Positions 20,705 to 30,624 of a stretch of 64,000 nucleotides of DNA are shown here, in pieces (the stretch's first letter is position 1; each line of letters begins with the position of its first letter). The translations under genes and the position numbers were made by a program. The notes beneath the pieces were generated by a model. It made no database searches, was not told where the DNA came from, and saw only the letters and a program-made list of their open reading frames with translations. The stretch spans positions 4,102-68,101 of the forward strand of contig DASZBW010000022.1 of assembly GCA_035943695.1 (NCBI GenBank), read 5' to 3'. Source of the DNA: Acidobacteriaceae bacterium (lineage in GTDB: Bacteria; Acidobacteriota; Terriglobia; Terriglobales; Acidobacteriaceae).

Positions 20705-22600
20705 ATGTCTCTACTTCAATCGATGCCACCTACTGAACATCTGCAAACGCCCGGCTCTCCGCGCAATTCCGTCGATCCCCCCGGCGCGTCACTCCAAGGA
20801 TTCCGCAGCATTCTGCGCAGCAACGCCTGGCAGTATCTCGCCGTCCTCTTCTGCATCGCCTTCGGCATTACCATGATCCTCAACACCCAGATGGCCGGCG
20901 AGGGCGTCTGGTTCTGGTACACCAACGCCTTCCGCCACGGCGCCAAACTTTACAGCGACCTCCACCTCGCCATGCAACCCCTCTACATCCTCGAGTCCGA
21001 TGCATGGATACGCCTCTTCGGCATCAAGTGCTTCGTCTTCGAGATCCCCGCCGCCATCCACGTGGTCGCCTACGCCATCGCTATCTTCCTCGTTCTGCGC
21101 GAGTCCCGCTGGCCCGATTGGCAGAAGGCCGTCGTCCTTGCCAGCTCCTTCGCGCTCTGCCTCTTCGGCCACAACTATCGTCTCGACGATTACCACATCG
21201 TCGCCGAAGTCCTCATCTTCTACTCCTTCGCCACACTCCTCGTAATCGCCCGGACCCACTCACCCAGAAGGCAGACGCAGCTCGCAGCCCTCCTCGGCCT
21301 CCTCTCCGGCCTCACCATCACCAGCCGGGTCACCGACGGAGCCGCACTCCTGCTCGCCTCCTTCATCTGCCTCATGTTCCTCGTACAAACCCGCAGGCTC
21401 ATCCTCACCGCAGTCTTCGGCCTGGTCGCCGCACTCACCGTCCTCCTCATCGTCCACGCCACCGGCGACACCTTCGCCGCCTACATCTCCAGCACCCTCA
21501 TCAAAGCCGCCGGCAGCAAAGGAGGCACCGGCAGCATCTTCGCCGCTCCCCTGCTCCTCATCCGCAACGATATTGGCATTCTTCTCAGAGCCGGCAAGTG
21601 GCTCGTCGTCTTCATCCTCGCGCTCATAGCATTCGGCGCGCCCCTCCGCCTCCGATGGAAGCTCCGCGTCGGATTGATCGCTCTGCTTCAGCTGGCATTG
21701 GCCCTTGCCATCTCCGCCTTCATGTCGCACGCGTGGCGACTCCTCATCATCCACGGAGCCTTCATACCCGAGCTCGTGCTCTGCGCTGTCGCCATCACCT
21801 ACCTGCTGCCCTTCGTCGTAGTCGCCCGGCTCGCCCGCGCAACCCGCGCCCCCGCCAGCACCTCATGGGATCGCCGAGAAGTCTTGGTCATCCTCCCCCT
21901 CGCCATGTGGGCTTCTGCGTCCGCCGCATCCGCCGGCCAACCGCTCACGCAGTATTACGCCCCTGTAACCCTCCTGCTCCTCCTCTTCCCCATCCTCCAG
22001 CCCTTACCCCGCCAGGCAGCCTGGCTCAACGCATCCTTCCTGTCCGCAATGGCCCTCGTCGGACTCACCGCCCTCAGCTCAAAAGTCCTCAACCCGTACT
22101 CCTGGAACGACGCCGCCACCAGTCCCATGTTCACCCATCGCGTCTGGTATCGCCACCCGGTCTACGGCCCGCTCTACATCGATCGCGACGACCTCGCATT
22201 CAATCAATCCATCTGCGCCAGCGTCGGCCCCAGCACCGAGCTGCTCGGTCTGCCCTACCCCTACGCAAACTATTTCTGCGCCATCCCGCCCTGGCACGGA
22301 TACGTCCAGACCTACTTCGACACCACCCCTCGCGCCACCATCCAGCGCCTCATCGCCGAGCTTAATGCCGCTCCTCCCCAGTGGATCGTCTACCAACGCC
22401 AGCTCCACATCATGGCCGGCGCCGAAGGTCTCTACAACCACGGCCAGCCCCTCGCACAGCGAGACCTCGATACCGTCATCATGCAGAACATCGCCTCCCA
22501 CCGTTGGCAGCTCATCCAGAAACGAGACTACCCCGACATCCTCAACAAAGACGAATACCTCCCCGGCGACGGCTGGTACCTCATCCGCACACGTCCATAA
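20705..22600 (+). CDS. Polytopic membrane protein, possibly a GT-C-type glycosyltransferase
   Basis: About 12 hydrophobic segments, a KLYSDLHLAMQPL loop near the N-terminus and a soluble C-terminal domain. Family is inferred only. Confidence 0.55.
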   Translation: MSLLQSMPPTEHLQTPGSPRNSVDPPGASLQGFRSILRSNAWQYLAVLFCIAFGITMILNTQMAGEGVWFWYTNAFRHGAKLYSDLHLAMQPLYILESDAWIRLFGIKCFVFEIPAAIHVVAYAIAIFLVLRESRWPDWQKAVVLASSFALCLFGHNYRLDDYHIVAEVLIFYSFATLLVIARTHSPRRQTQLAALLGLLSGLTITSRVTDGAALLLASFICLMFLVQTRRLILTAVFGLVAALTVLLIVHATGDTFAAYISSTLIKAAGSKGGTGSIFAAPLLLIRNDIGILLRAGKWLVVFILALIAFGAPLRLRWKLRVGLIALLQLALALAISAFMSHAWRLLIIHGAFIPELVLCAVAITYLLPFVVVARLARATRAPASTSWDRREVLVILPLAMWASASAASAGQPLTQYYAPVTLLLLLFPILQPLPRQAAWLNASFLSAMALVGLTALSSKVLNPYSWNDAATSPMFTHRVWYRHPVYGPLYIDRDDLAFNQSICASVGPSTELLGLPYPYANYFCAIPPWHGYVQTYFDTTPRATIQRLIAELNAAPPQWIVYQRQLHIMAGAEGLYNHGQPLAQRDLDTVIMQNIASHRWQLIQKRDYPDILNKDEYLPGDGWYLIRTRP

Positions 22601-22742
22601 CAAACCATGGCAAAACACTACTTCTGTATCCGTATTCGCGAAAATTTATATTAGCGTGCGATCCAACTATCGCAAGAGCGCACAGCTAATCTAACCCAGA
22701 CGACGATTTTAATGTCGGCAACATAACAAGAATGAGGTTCCT

Positions 22743-23933
22743 TTGACCGCACTGCAATCCGCGCCCGTACACCAGGTCTCTGGAGAAAGCCGTCACTACC
22801 CAGAACTAGATGGAGTGCGCGGACTGGCAATTCTTGGGGTTCTTCTGGCACATGCTGCGAATTTTCTCGCGGTGGTGCCCGCGACTTCAGCGGGACATGT
22901 TCTGCTAACAATCTTCATGCCGGGTTGGGGAGGAGTTGACCTTTTCTTTACACTCTCTGGTTTTCTAATCACCGGAATACTACTGCGCACCCGAACTCGG
23001 TCGCATTATTTCTCATCCTTCTACATGAGGCGCGTTCTTCGCATCTTTCCTATCTATTATTTGTTCCTCATAGGAAGTGTTATATTTGCGCATTTTTCAC
23101 CGATGATGGCCCTGCGGATCCCTTCTAACCTGGAAACGCGCATCTCCTATTTTGTCTACCTGCAAAACTGGCCAATCTTCTGGCAGGGCTGGATGGGGCT
23201 CTCGACCTTTTGGGGTGCGTATTGGAGCCTTGCAGTCGAAGAGCAATTTTATATGGTTTGGCCGACCATCCTACGCTTCGTCAAACCCCGAATGGTGCTG
23301 CTCTTATGCATAGCAGCATTTCTATTGGGGTGGCCCGAGAGGCTCTATATGTTTCACCATGTCGGCCTAGCGTTGGGGGTCATGCAGTGGCCTTTTTCGC
23401 GACTGGATGGTCTGTTTGTCGGCGCAATCATAGCACTCTACAAAGAACTATACGGTCGTGCAATTCCCATTCGCTGGGCCACAATTAGTTTCCTGAGTGG
23501 AGCTGCCATATTCTTGCAAATCGCGGCAGCTCATTCGGTAGAGCTCGGAAATGGAAATGGCATCCACGTTTGGACATCTGGCGTGACTGCGTTTGCCTTG
23601 ATGTCAGGAGGCTTGATCGCTGCATCACAACATCGTATCGGCTGGTTACACCGCATTCTTACCGTTCGGCCCCTCGTTATCGCAGGTCGCTTAAGTTATG
23701 GGATGTACATTTACCATTTGACGATTTACCAGCTTATCGTATCGTTTCGGAGGCGCTTTATCATTCCTCAGGGGTTAGCCAATACAAATATTCTGGTGTG
23801 TTTGGCATGGATTGCATTTGCGATACTTGTTGTTACTGGCGTGGCCGAACTTAGCTTCCGCTTTGTTGAAGCTCCATTCCTGCGGCTCAAACGTTTCTTT
23901 CCATCGCCCGCCGCACCCGCCGTGCAAAACTAA
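22743..23933 (+). CDS. Acyltransferase family 3 (OafA-like)
   Basis: ELDGVRGLAI, GVDLFFTLSGFLIT, RRVLRIFP, WSLAVEEQFY and SYGMYIYH motifs. Confidence 0.92.
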   Translation: MTALQSAPVHQVSGESRHYPELDGVRGLAILGVLLAHAANFLAVVPATSAGHVLLTIFMPGWGGVDLFFTLSGFLITGILLRTRTRSHYFSSFYMRRVLRIFPIYYLFLIGSVIFAHFSPMMALRIPSNLETRISYFVYLQNWPIFWQGWMGLSTFWGAYWSLAVEEQFYMVWPTILRFVKPRMVLLLCIAAFLLGWPERLYMFHHVGLALGVMQWPFSRLDGLFVGAIIALYKELYGRAIPIRWATISFLSGAAIFLQIAAAHSVELGNGNGIHVWTSGVTAFALMSGGLIAASQHRIGWLHRILTVRPLVIAGRLSYGMYIYHLTIYQLIVSFRRRFIIPQGLANTNILVCLAWIAFAILVVTGVAELSFRFVEAPFLRLKRFFPSPAAPAVQN

Positions 23934-23975
23934 CTGCGGCCACCAGGCGGATGGACAAGCTGTCGTAACGGTCAG

Positions 23976-24023
23976 CTAAATCTTCTGCACCCGCTGCACG
24001 TCCCGCACACTCTGCACCCGCCG
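23976..24023 (-). repeat. Duplicate of the last 15 codons plus stop of rel
   Basis: 23980..24023 matches 25285..25328 at 42/44 nt; encodes RRVQSVRDVQRVQKI-stop. Confidence 0.85.
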
Positions 24024-24111
24024 AAGCGAAGTATGAGCAGCGGGAGATGAAAGACCGCCTCACATCCAACAGAAAAAATATCCTCTAAACGCCTGCCACG
24101 GATCCTTCACA

Positions 24112-25275
24112 ATGCATGAACACAAGACAGACCCTCAAAATTGGATCAAGCCCTACTATCGCTCATTCAATGGGCTTCGAGGACTGGCTGTAACCCTTGT
24201 TTTCTTTTGCCACTATGGCGGGTCTTTAGACAAGTTTACGTCCCAGGTGGGCTGGGTGGGTGTCGATCTGTTCTTCGTATTATCCGGTTTTTTAATCACC
24301 GGAATTCTTTTCGATTCGCTTGATAGTCCGCATTACTTTCGGGATTTCTACGTGCGGCGCGCATTGCGTATCTTCCCCATCTTCTATGGATTTTTTGGCG
24401 TTCTACTAATCGCCGCGCTCATTCTGCCTATTCACTTTCATCGGAGCATGCTCTCATTTGTCTTCTATGTCGGAAATCTCGTTACACCTTTGAGCAACCT
24501 GGACACGAATAACCCAACTTCAATCTGGATTTTCCGTCACGGCCGCCTATCAGAAATAGCCAATATCGGCACTCTATGGAGCCTTTGTGTAGAAGAGCAG
24601 TTCTACCTCATCTGGCCTGCAATAGTGTGGTGGGTCAGAGACCGCAGCCGCTTGATGAAGATCTGCATCCTTGTCTCCATCGCAACACTCGGCTGCCGCA
24701 TTTTATTAATGTGGTTACTCCCTGGAAAAGCGATATGGCATTACCAGCTCTATTGCAGCACCTATACGCGCTGCGATACGCTGCTTCTGGGCGCATGGCT
24801 CGCGCTGTACCTGCGTGGCGCCGTACTGTCGCTCGATCAACTTCGGCGGTATTCCAACACGCTTATGCTGTCTTCGCTTGCGGGCGTCATTGTGGGAAGA
24901 TCAATCTGGCGCTACGGAAATGCGTTGAACAATAGATTTATTCTTACTGGCGGCCTGACTCTGATTGCTCTCGCGGCAATGGGTTTAGTCCTGCGCGTCT
25001 TGGATGACACCAGCCGAATTTCACGCGTGTTGCGATGGCCCCCAATCGCTGGCCTCGGTGCAATAAGCTACGGCGTTTACTTTTTCCACTCCATCCCGTC
25101 GCCGATCTTGCACAGCTTTTCCGATACGCATCCAAGTCTAAGAAATATCATTCCTCCAGTTTGGTTTGCGTTGACCGTATCTATTGCATGGCTCAGCTTC
25201 CGCTTTTTTGAAACACCCTTCCTGCGATTAAAGAGGGTGCTTGCGCCACATAGGGCATCCATCATTGAGCGGTAG
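24112..25275 (+). CDS. Acyltransferase family 3 (OafA-like)
   Basis: FNGLRGLAV, GVDLFFVLSGFLIT, RRALRIFP, WSLCVEEQFY and SYGVYFFH motifs. Confidence 0.92.
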   Translation: MHEHKTDPQNWIKPYYRSFNGLRGLAVTLVFFCHYGGSLDKFTSQVGWVGVDLFFVLSGFLITGILFDSLDSPHYFRDFYVRRALRIFPIFYGFFGVLLIAALILPIHFHRSMLSFVFYVGNLVTPLSNLDTNNPTSIWIFRHGRLSEIANIGTLWSLCVEEQFYLIWPAIVWWVRDRSRLMKICILVSIATLGCRILLMWLLPGKAIWHYQLYCSTYTRCDTLLLGAWLALYLRGAVLSLDQLRRYSNTLMLSSLAGVIVGRSIWRYGNALNNRFILTGGLTLIALAAMGLVLRVLDDTSRISRVLRWPPIAGLGAISYGVYFFHSIPSPILHSFSDTHPSLRNIIPPVWFALTVSIAWLSFRFFETPFLRLKRVLAPHRASIIER

Positions 25276-25280
25276 TGCTA

Positions 25281-27797
25281 TCAGATCTTCTGCACCCGCT
25301 GCACATCCCGCACACTCTGCACTCGCCGCAGCTTATCCACCAGCCGGTTCAAGTGCCGCACATCCACCGTCTCCACCACAAAGTCGATCACCGCACCACC
25401 ATCCGCCGTAGCATTCGAAGCCGATGAGCGGATGTTCGTCCCATCATCCGAAATAATTGCCGTAAACTCCTTCAGCAACCCCGCGCGGTCGTCGCACAGA
25501 ATCGTAAGCTTCACCGGATAGGTCTGCGCCTTCGGCTTCCCTGCCGAACCCGCATCTCCGGGAATGGGTGCCCACTCAACCTGGATGCGCCGGTCAGACT
25601 CATACAACAAATTCTGCACATTAGGACAACTTCTTGCATGTACCGCGACGCCCTTACCCCGCGTCACATAACCGATAATCTCTTCCCCACGAATCGGATT
25701 ACAACAGCGCGCCCGATACACCAGCAGATCGTCCTGCCCCTCCACCTGCAGCGAGTCCGACCCCTTCCCGAAGAAGACCCGCTTCACCGCATCCGACATC
25801 TGATCCAGCGTATTGCCCACCACGCCCGGCTCACTCGCCGGCTCCGCAGCCGCCGTCGAACCCGGCTCCAGCCTATTCAGCACCTGCCGCGCCGAAAACT
25901 TCCCAAACCCAATCCCAGCCAGCAACTCCGCATGAGTCGTAACGCCATACTCCTGCGCCACCTTGTCGAAGTCCGCCTCGCTATGCTTCGAGAGCGCCAT
26001 CTTGAACTTCCGCGCCTCGCGGTCCAGCAGCTTCTGCCCAATCTCAATCGCGCGCTCACGCTGATGCTCATTGATCCAGTGCTTGATCTTGTTCCGCGCC
26101 CGCGAGCTCTTCGTAAAGCTAAGCCAGTCCCGGCTCGGCGCATGCCCCGTCTGCGTATTGATCTCAACAATGTCGCCATTCCGCAGCTTCGTCCGCAGCG
26201 GCACGATGCGCCCATTCACCTTCGCACCAATCGTAGTGTTGCCTACCTCCGTATGGATCGCATACGCAAAGTCGATCGGGCTCGCATCCTTCGGCAGCAC
26301 CACCACCTTGCCCTTCGGCGTAAAGGTGTAGACCTCATCCGGATACATGTCCATCTTCAGCGTGGACATAAACTCGTTCGGGTCCGACATCTCCCTCTGC
26401 CACTCCATCAGCTGCCGCACCCACGCCAGCCGAGCCTCATCCTTCGCGCTTACCGTATCACCAGCCTTATACTTCCAGTGCGCGGCGATCCCCTCCTCCG
26501 CCACGCGATGCATCTCCTCGGTCCGTATCTGCACCTCAAACTGGTGCCCACCCGGCGCAATCACAGTAGTGTGCAGCGACTGGTAAAGATTAGGCCGCGG
26601 CATCGCAATAAAGTCCTTGATACGCCCCGGCACCGGCCGCCAGATCGAGTGCAGCAGCCCCAGCACCGCATAGCAATCCTGCACACTCTGGCAGATAACC
26701 CGCAGCGCCAGCAGGTCATAAACCTGGTCCACCGGAATCTTCTGGTCGGAAAGCTTCTGTTGAATCGAATAAAGCCGCTTGATCCGCCACTCCACCCGCC
26801 CCGCCAGCTTGTGCTCTGCGAGCTTCGCCTCCAGGTCCTTCACTACACCGGCAAGAAACACCTCGCCCTCATGCCGCAGCGCATCCACCTCGTTCGAAAG
26901 CTGCTCATACACAAACGGATCGGTATACCGAAACGCCAGGTCCTCCAGCTCTCCACGCAGCTTACCCATGCCCAGCCGGTGCGCCAGCGGCGCAAAAATA
27001 TCCAGCGTCTCCTGCGCGATCTTCTGCTGCTTCTCCGGCTTCAGGTGTTCGAGCGTTCGCATATTGTGCAGCCGGTCCGCCAGCTTGATAATCACCACGC
27101 GAACGTCCGTCACCATCGCCAGCAGCATCTTGCGAATGTTCTCTGCCTGGTGGTCTTCGCGGTTCGCAAACTTGATCTTGTCCAGCTTCGTCACGCCCTC
27201 GACGATGTGCGCCACCTGCTCGCCGAACAGCTTTTCAATCTGCTCTGTCGTCACCTCGGTGTCTTCCACCGCATCATGCAGCAACCCCGCCGCAATCGCA
27301 GTCGAATCCATCTTCAGCTCCGCCAGCACCAGCCCCACCTCCAGCGGATGGATCGCATACGGCTCGCCCGAAGCGCGCTTCTGCCCTTCATGCTGTTCCA
27401 GGCAAAACGCCCATGCCTTGCGAATGATTTCGAGATCGTCGCCCGGCCGATTCTGATGCGCCTCATGCAGCAGCCGCGCAAACTTCGCGTCGATCTCGCT
27501 CACTTCAGCCGAGCTCACGCCAACCATATGTTCCGCCGAGCTATCTTCCACCGCAATCTCAACCGGCTCCGCTGCAACCTCAAGCGCAGTAACACCCTCC
27601 GCCGCCGGAATCTCTTCAGTCACCGCGGCAGAGCCCATCGGCACACCAGGACGCAGCGATTCAACCGGCTCAGCAGGCAGCGGAGCGAATTCCATCTCCT
27701 GCTCACTAGCCGTCGGATGCAGCTCGGAATCCATGCCCTCGACACGTGAGGGTGCAGCTTCGCCCCGTCTTCCGCGAGCCGCTGGAATGATTGCCAT
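25281..27797 (-). CDS. rel: Bifunctional (p)ppGpp synthetase/hydrolase Rel (start may be 27734)
   Basis: RASGEPYAIHP, LLHDAVED (HD), KLADRLHNMR, YQSLHT and EVQIRT motifs; TGS and ACT domains. Confidence 0.96.
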   Translation of the reverse strand: MAIIPAARGRRGEAAPSRVEGMDSELHPTASEQEMEFAPLPAEPVESLRPGVPMGSAAVTEEIPAAEGVTALEVAAEPVEIAVEDSSAEHMVGVSSAEVSEIDAKFARLLHEAHQNRPGDDLEIIRKAWAFCLEQHEGQKRASGEPYAIHPLEVGLVLAELKMDSTAIAAGLLHDAVEDTEVTTEQIEKLFGEQVAHIVEGVTKLDKIKFANREDHQAENIRKMLLAMVTDVRVVIIKLADRLHNMRTLEHLKPEKQQKIAQETLDIFAPLAHRLGMGKLRGELEDLAFRYTDPFVYEQLSNEVDALRHEGEVFLAGVVKDLEAKLAEHKLAGRVEWRIKRLYSIQQKLSDQKIPVDQVYDLLALRVICQSVQDCYAVLGLLHSIWRPVPGRIKDFIAMPRPNLYQSLHTTVIAPGGHQFEVQIRTEEMHRVAEEGIAAHWKYKAGDTVSAKDEARLAWVRQLMEWQREMSDPNEFMSTLKMDMYPDEVYTFTPKGKVVVLPKDASPIDFAYAIHTEVGNTTIGAKVNGRIVPLRTKLRNGDIVEINTQTGHAPSRDWLSFTKSSRARNKIKHWINEHQRERAIEIGQKLLDREARKFKMALSKHSEADFDKVAQEYGVTTHAELLAGIGFGKFSARQVLNRLEPGSTAAAEPASEPGVVGNTLDQMSDAVKRVFFGKGSDSLQVEGQDDLLVYRARCCNPIRGEEIIGYVTRGKGVAVHARSCPNVQNLLYESDRRIQVEWAPIPGDAGSAGKPKAQTYPVKLTILCDDRAGLLKEFTAIISDDGTNIRSSASNATADGGAVIDFVVETVDVRHLNRLVDKLRRVQSVRDVQRVQKI

Positions 27798-28008
27798 ATC
27801 TCATTATAGAAGGCACCTCTTAACGCTGTTAGCAAAACATCAAAAGCCTGCCATCCCACCCGCCCGAACCGGAATATCCCGAGAAATTCCGTCCGCGACC
27901 CCGCGAGCAATCGAAACATCTGCGCGACGAAAGTTTGCGCGCAGAATGGGCATTGATCGCTTCGCCACCCCAAGGCTCAAAACTAGCGCTACGTGTTTGA
28001 ATGTACGA

Positions 28009-29217
28009 ATGACCGAAGTGGAACGAGTTGAGGCACAACCCCCGGCGGCGCGATTTGAGAGCGTAGACCTTCTGCGTGGCCTTTCGATTCTCGCTGTGGT
28101 GCTGCTTCATTCCTGGCTACGCTTCTTTCTGAACGACGTACACGTGGGCACACGGTTGCCGAGATGGCTGGCGCAGCTCCTCCTGCGTAACGGCGGCAAT
28201 GGCGTCACTATATTCTTCGCCATCTCCGGCTTTCTGATCACGCTCACCAGCCTCCGGCGATTTGGGAGCCTGAGCCGGATGCAGCTTGGGCGTTTTTACA
28301 GAATCCGCTTTGCACGAATCGCTCCCCTGCTGCTGCTGCTGCTCACCGTCTTGTGCCTGCTGCACTGGGCCGCCCTCTATTCCCATGCCTTCGCGCCATG
28401 GCATGTGAAGAAGAACATTGGACTGCCGCGAGCATTGTTCTCCGCTCTAACGTTTCATCTCAACTGGCTCGAAGCGAAGGCCGGGTACCTCCCCGCGAAT
28501 TGGGACGTCCTGTGGTCCTTGAGCGTGGAGGAGATGTTTTATCTCTTCTTCCCGCTCGCCTGTGTGGCGTTTGTCGGACGCAGGTCGCCTCTACGAAAGG
28601 TTGGATGGCCGCTCCTGTTCCTCCTGGCAGGAGTCCTGCTTGTACTCGGACCCTGGGCACGATCGGTTTGGATCACCACCGATATCGGACGCGAGAAAAG
28701 CTATCTCGGCGGGATGAACGCAATAGCAATGGGATGCCTGGCGGCTCTGCTTTGCGATCGACTCGCGCATACGAGACAGCTCGCACGCCGATGGACTTTC
28801 GTCGCTGAGGCCGCCGGATGGGTGCTCATCGCGTGGATGGCCACCTGGCCGCGCTGGGCATGGCTGCATGGCGCAAGCCAGTTTCTAGGACGCACCGACC
28901 TCGATGACACACTGCTGCCACTCGCAGTCTGCCTTGTAATGGTTGCGACAGTACTGCGCGGTTCCAGCGGCGGAGGATGGCTCACCGCACCCCTTCGATG
29001 GTTCGGACGCCATAGCTACGAGGTGTACCTCACCCATGAATTTCTCGTCCTGCTCGGCGTAATAGCCTTCTTGCGCTGGCATGGAACCCATCCAGCGTTC
29101 TGGGTAGCCGGCATCACACTTTCAACGGCACCATTAGGATGGGCGGTGGCACACTACTTCTCGGAGCCGATGAATCGACGACTACGCGGACCAAGTCCCA
29201 CGAAGCCACGTTCCTGA
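28009..29217 (+). CDS. Acyltransferase family 3 (OafA-like)
   Basis: VDLLRGLSI, GVTIFFAISGFLIT, RFARIAP, WSLSVEEMFY and SYEVYLTH motifs. Start reset to the ATG at 28009. Confidence 0.9.
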   Translation: MTEVERVEAQPPAARFESVDLLRGLSILAVVLLHSWLRFFLNDVHVGTRLPRWLAQLLLRNGGNGVTIFFAISGFLITLTSLRRFGSLSRMQLGRFYRIRFARIAPLLLLLLTVLCLLHWAALYSHAFAPWHVKKNIGLPRALFSALTFHLNWLEAKAGYLPANWDVLWSLSVEEMFYLFFPLACVAFVGRRSPLRKVGWPLLFLLAGVLLVLGPWARSVWITTDIGREKSYLGGMNAIAMGCLAALLCDRLAHTRQLARRWTFVAEAAGWVLIAWMATWPRWAWLHGASQFLGRTDLDDTLLPLAVCLVMVATVLRGSSGGGWLTAPLRWFGRHSYEVYLTHEFLVLLGVIAFLRWHGTHPAFWVAGITLSTAPLGWAVAHYFSEPMNRRLRGPSPTKPRS

Positions 29218-29419
29218 TCGCCTGGATGCGCCCTGTTTGATCCGTATCAGCAAACATCGCTGTACATGCTTAGGTCCAGTGCCTGAACCCTTCGCCCCTC
29301 TACGTCACATTTACAACGCCCATAGATGCCACCGCTCAACGATGCGCGCGGACGTACTATAAATCCAGGGAGCAAACCCCTGCTCCTCCTCGCGTATCTC
29401 CCGAACGAAAGGCCCGCAC

Positions 29420-30481
29420 GTGAAGTTCTTCGCCACCCTGCTGCTCCTCGCTCTCCTCTGCGCCGCCTTCGTGGGCTACACACTCGACGTCCCCATAGGC
29501 CCACCCTCCGGCACACCTGACACCTCATCCACCTACGTCGACATCGCCCCCGGCACCGGCACCCAGGCCATCGCCGAAAAGCTGGAGCAGGCCCACGTCC
29601 TCCGCTCCCGCTACGCCTTCGACCTCCTCCGCCTCCTCAAAGGCGGCAAGCTCATCGCCGGCGAGTACCGCTTCAACCACCCCGCCACCGCCGCCGAGGT
29701 CTACGACCGCATGGCCCACGGAGACACCTACTCCATCGCCCTCACCATACCCGAGGGCTACAACATCTTCGACATCGCCCAGGCCGTAGCCTCCACCGGC
29801 TTCGCCTCCCGCGACACCTTCCTCGCCGCCGAGCGCACCCAAACCAGCCTCATCGCCGACCTCGCCCCCCACGCCCCCTCGCTCGAGGGCTACCTCTTCC
29901 CCGACACCTACCGCCTCCCCCGCACCGCCACACCCACTACCATCCTCGCCGCCATGGTCCACCGTTTCCGCCAAGTCTCCGCGCAGCTAGGCCTGCCCGC
30001 CGACCCCACCTCCAACCGCACCGTCATCCTCGCCTCGCTCATCGAAAAAGAGGTCAGCCAGCCCTCCGAGCGCCCTCTCGTCGCCGGCGTCTTCACCAAC
30101 CGCCTCGCGCAAAACATCCCCCTGGCCACCGACCCCAGCATCGTCTACTCCGCCCTGCTCAACAACCGCTACCGAGGCACCATCTACGCCTCCGACCTGC
30201 AGGCCGACTCCCCCTACAACACCTACCGCCGCCCTGGTCTCCCCCCCGGCCCCATCGCCAACCCCGGCGTCGCCGCGCTCAAAGCAGCCATCTCCCCCGC
30301 CCCCACCGACTACCTCTACTTCGTAGCCGACGCGCAAGGCCACAGCCAGTTCTCCGCCACCCTCAAAGAACACGCCGCCCAGGTCCAGATCTACCGCAAA
30401 GCCATCGGCGAACCCACGTCCCCGCCGAAACCCCATTCCCCACAGCGCCCGCCATCCGCCAGCCATCGCCGAAAAAAATAG
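29420..30481 (+). CDS. mltG: Endolytic transglycosylase MltG
   Basis: AGEY, TIPEG, LEGYLFPDTY, ASLIEKE, DSPYNTY...GLPPGPIANPG and YLYFVA motifs. Confidence 0.94.
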   Translation: MKFFATLLLLALLCAAFVGYTLDVPIGPPSGTPDTSSTYVDIAPGTGTQAIAEKLEQAHVLRSRYAFDLLRLLKGGKLIAGEYRFNHPATAAEVYDRMAHGDTYSIALTIPEGYNIFDIAQAVASTGFASRDTFLAAERTQTSLIADLAPHAPSLEGYLFPDTYRLPRTATPTTILAAMVHRFRQVSAQLGLPADPTSNRTVILASLIEKEVSQPSERPLVAGVFTNRLAQNIPLATDPSIVYSALLNNRYRGTIYASDLQADSPYNTYRRPGLPPGPIANPGVAALKAAISPAPTDYLYFVADAQGHSQFSATLKEHAAQVQIYRKAIGEPTSPPKPHSPQRPPSASHRRKK

Positions 30482-30624
30482 CCCGAAACCTACCATCGCC
30501 ACGCGCATCTAACTGATATTGCTCAGCCTGCTGTCTCTTTGCCCGTCTGTCGCGGATCGCAACAGATATACTTTACGCTTGGGCTCACGAGCAGCAGACC
30601 CGCAGAGCTGAAAGGAACGCACGC

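Noticed and set aside
10170-22670. dif site candidates (about 10177-10204, 13680-13707, 18020-18047, 22635-22662)
   Set aside because: Each matches at most one Xer arm or the central hexamer; none has both arms.
25638-27749. 703-aa + strand ORF and similar long Arg/Pro/His-rich ORFs (21004, 34965, 49563, 57962, 61525)
   Set aside because: Antisense or off-frame shadows of real genes, caused by high GC and C-skew; no family motifs.
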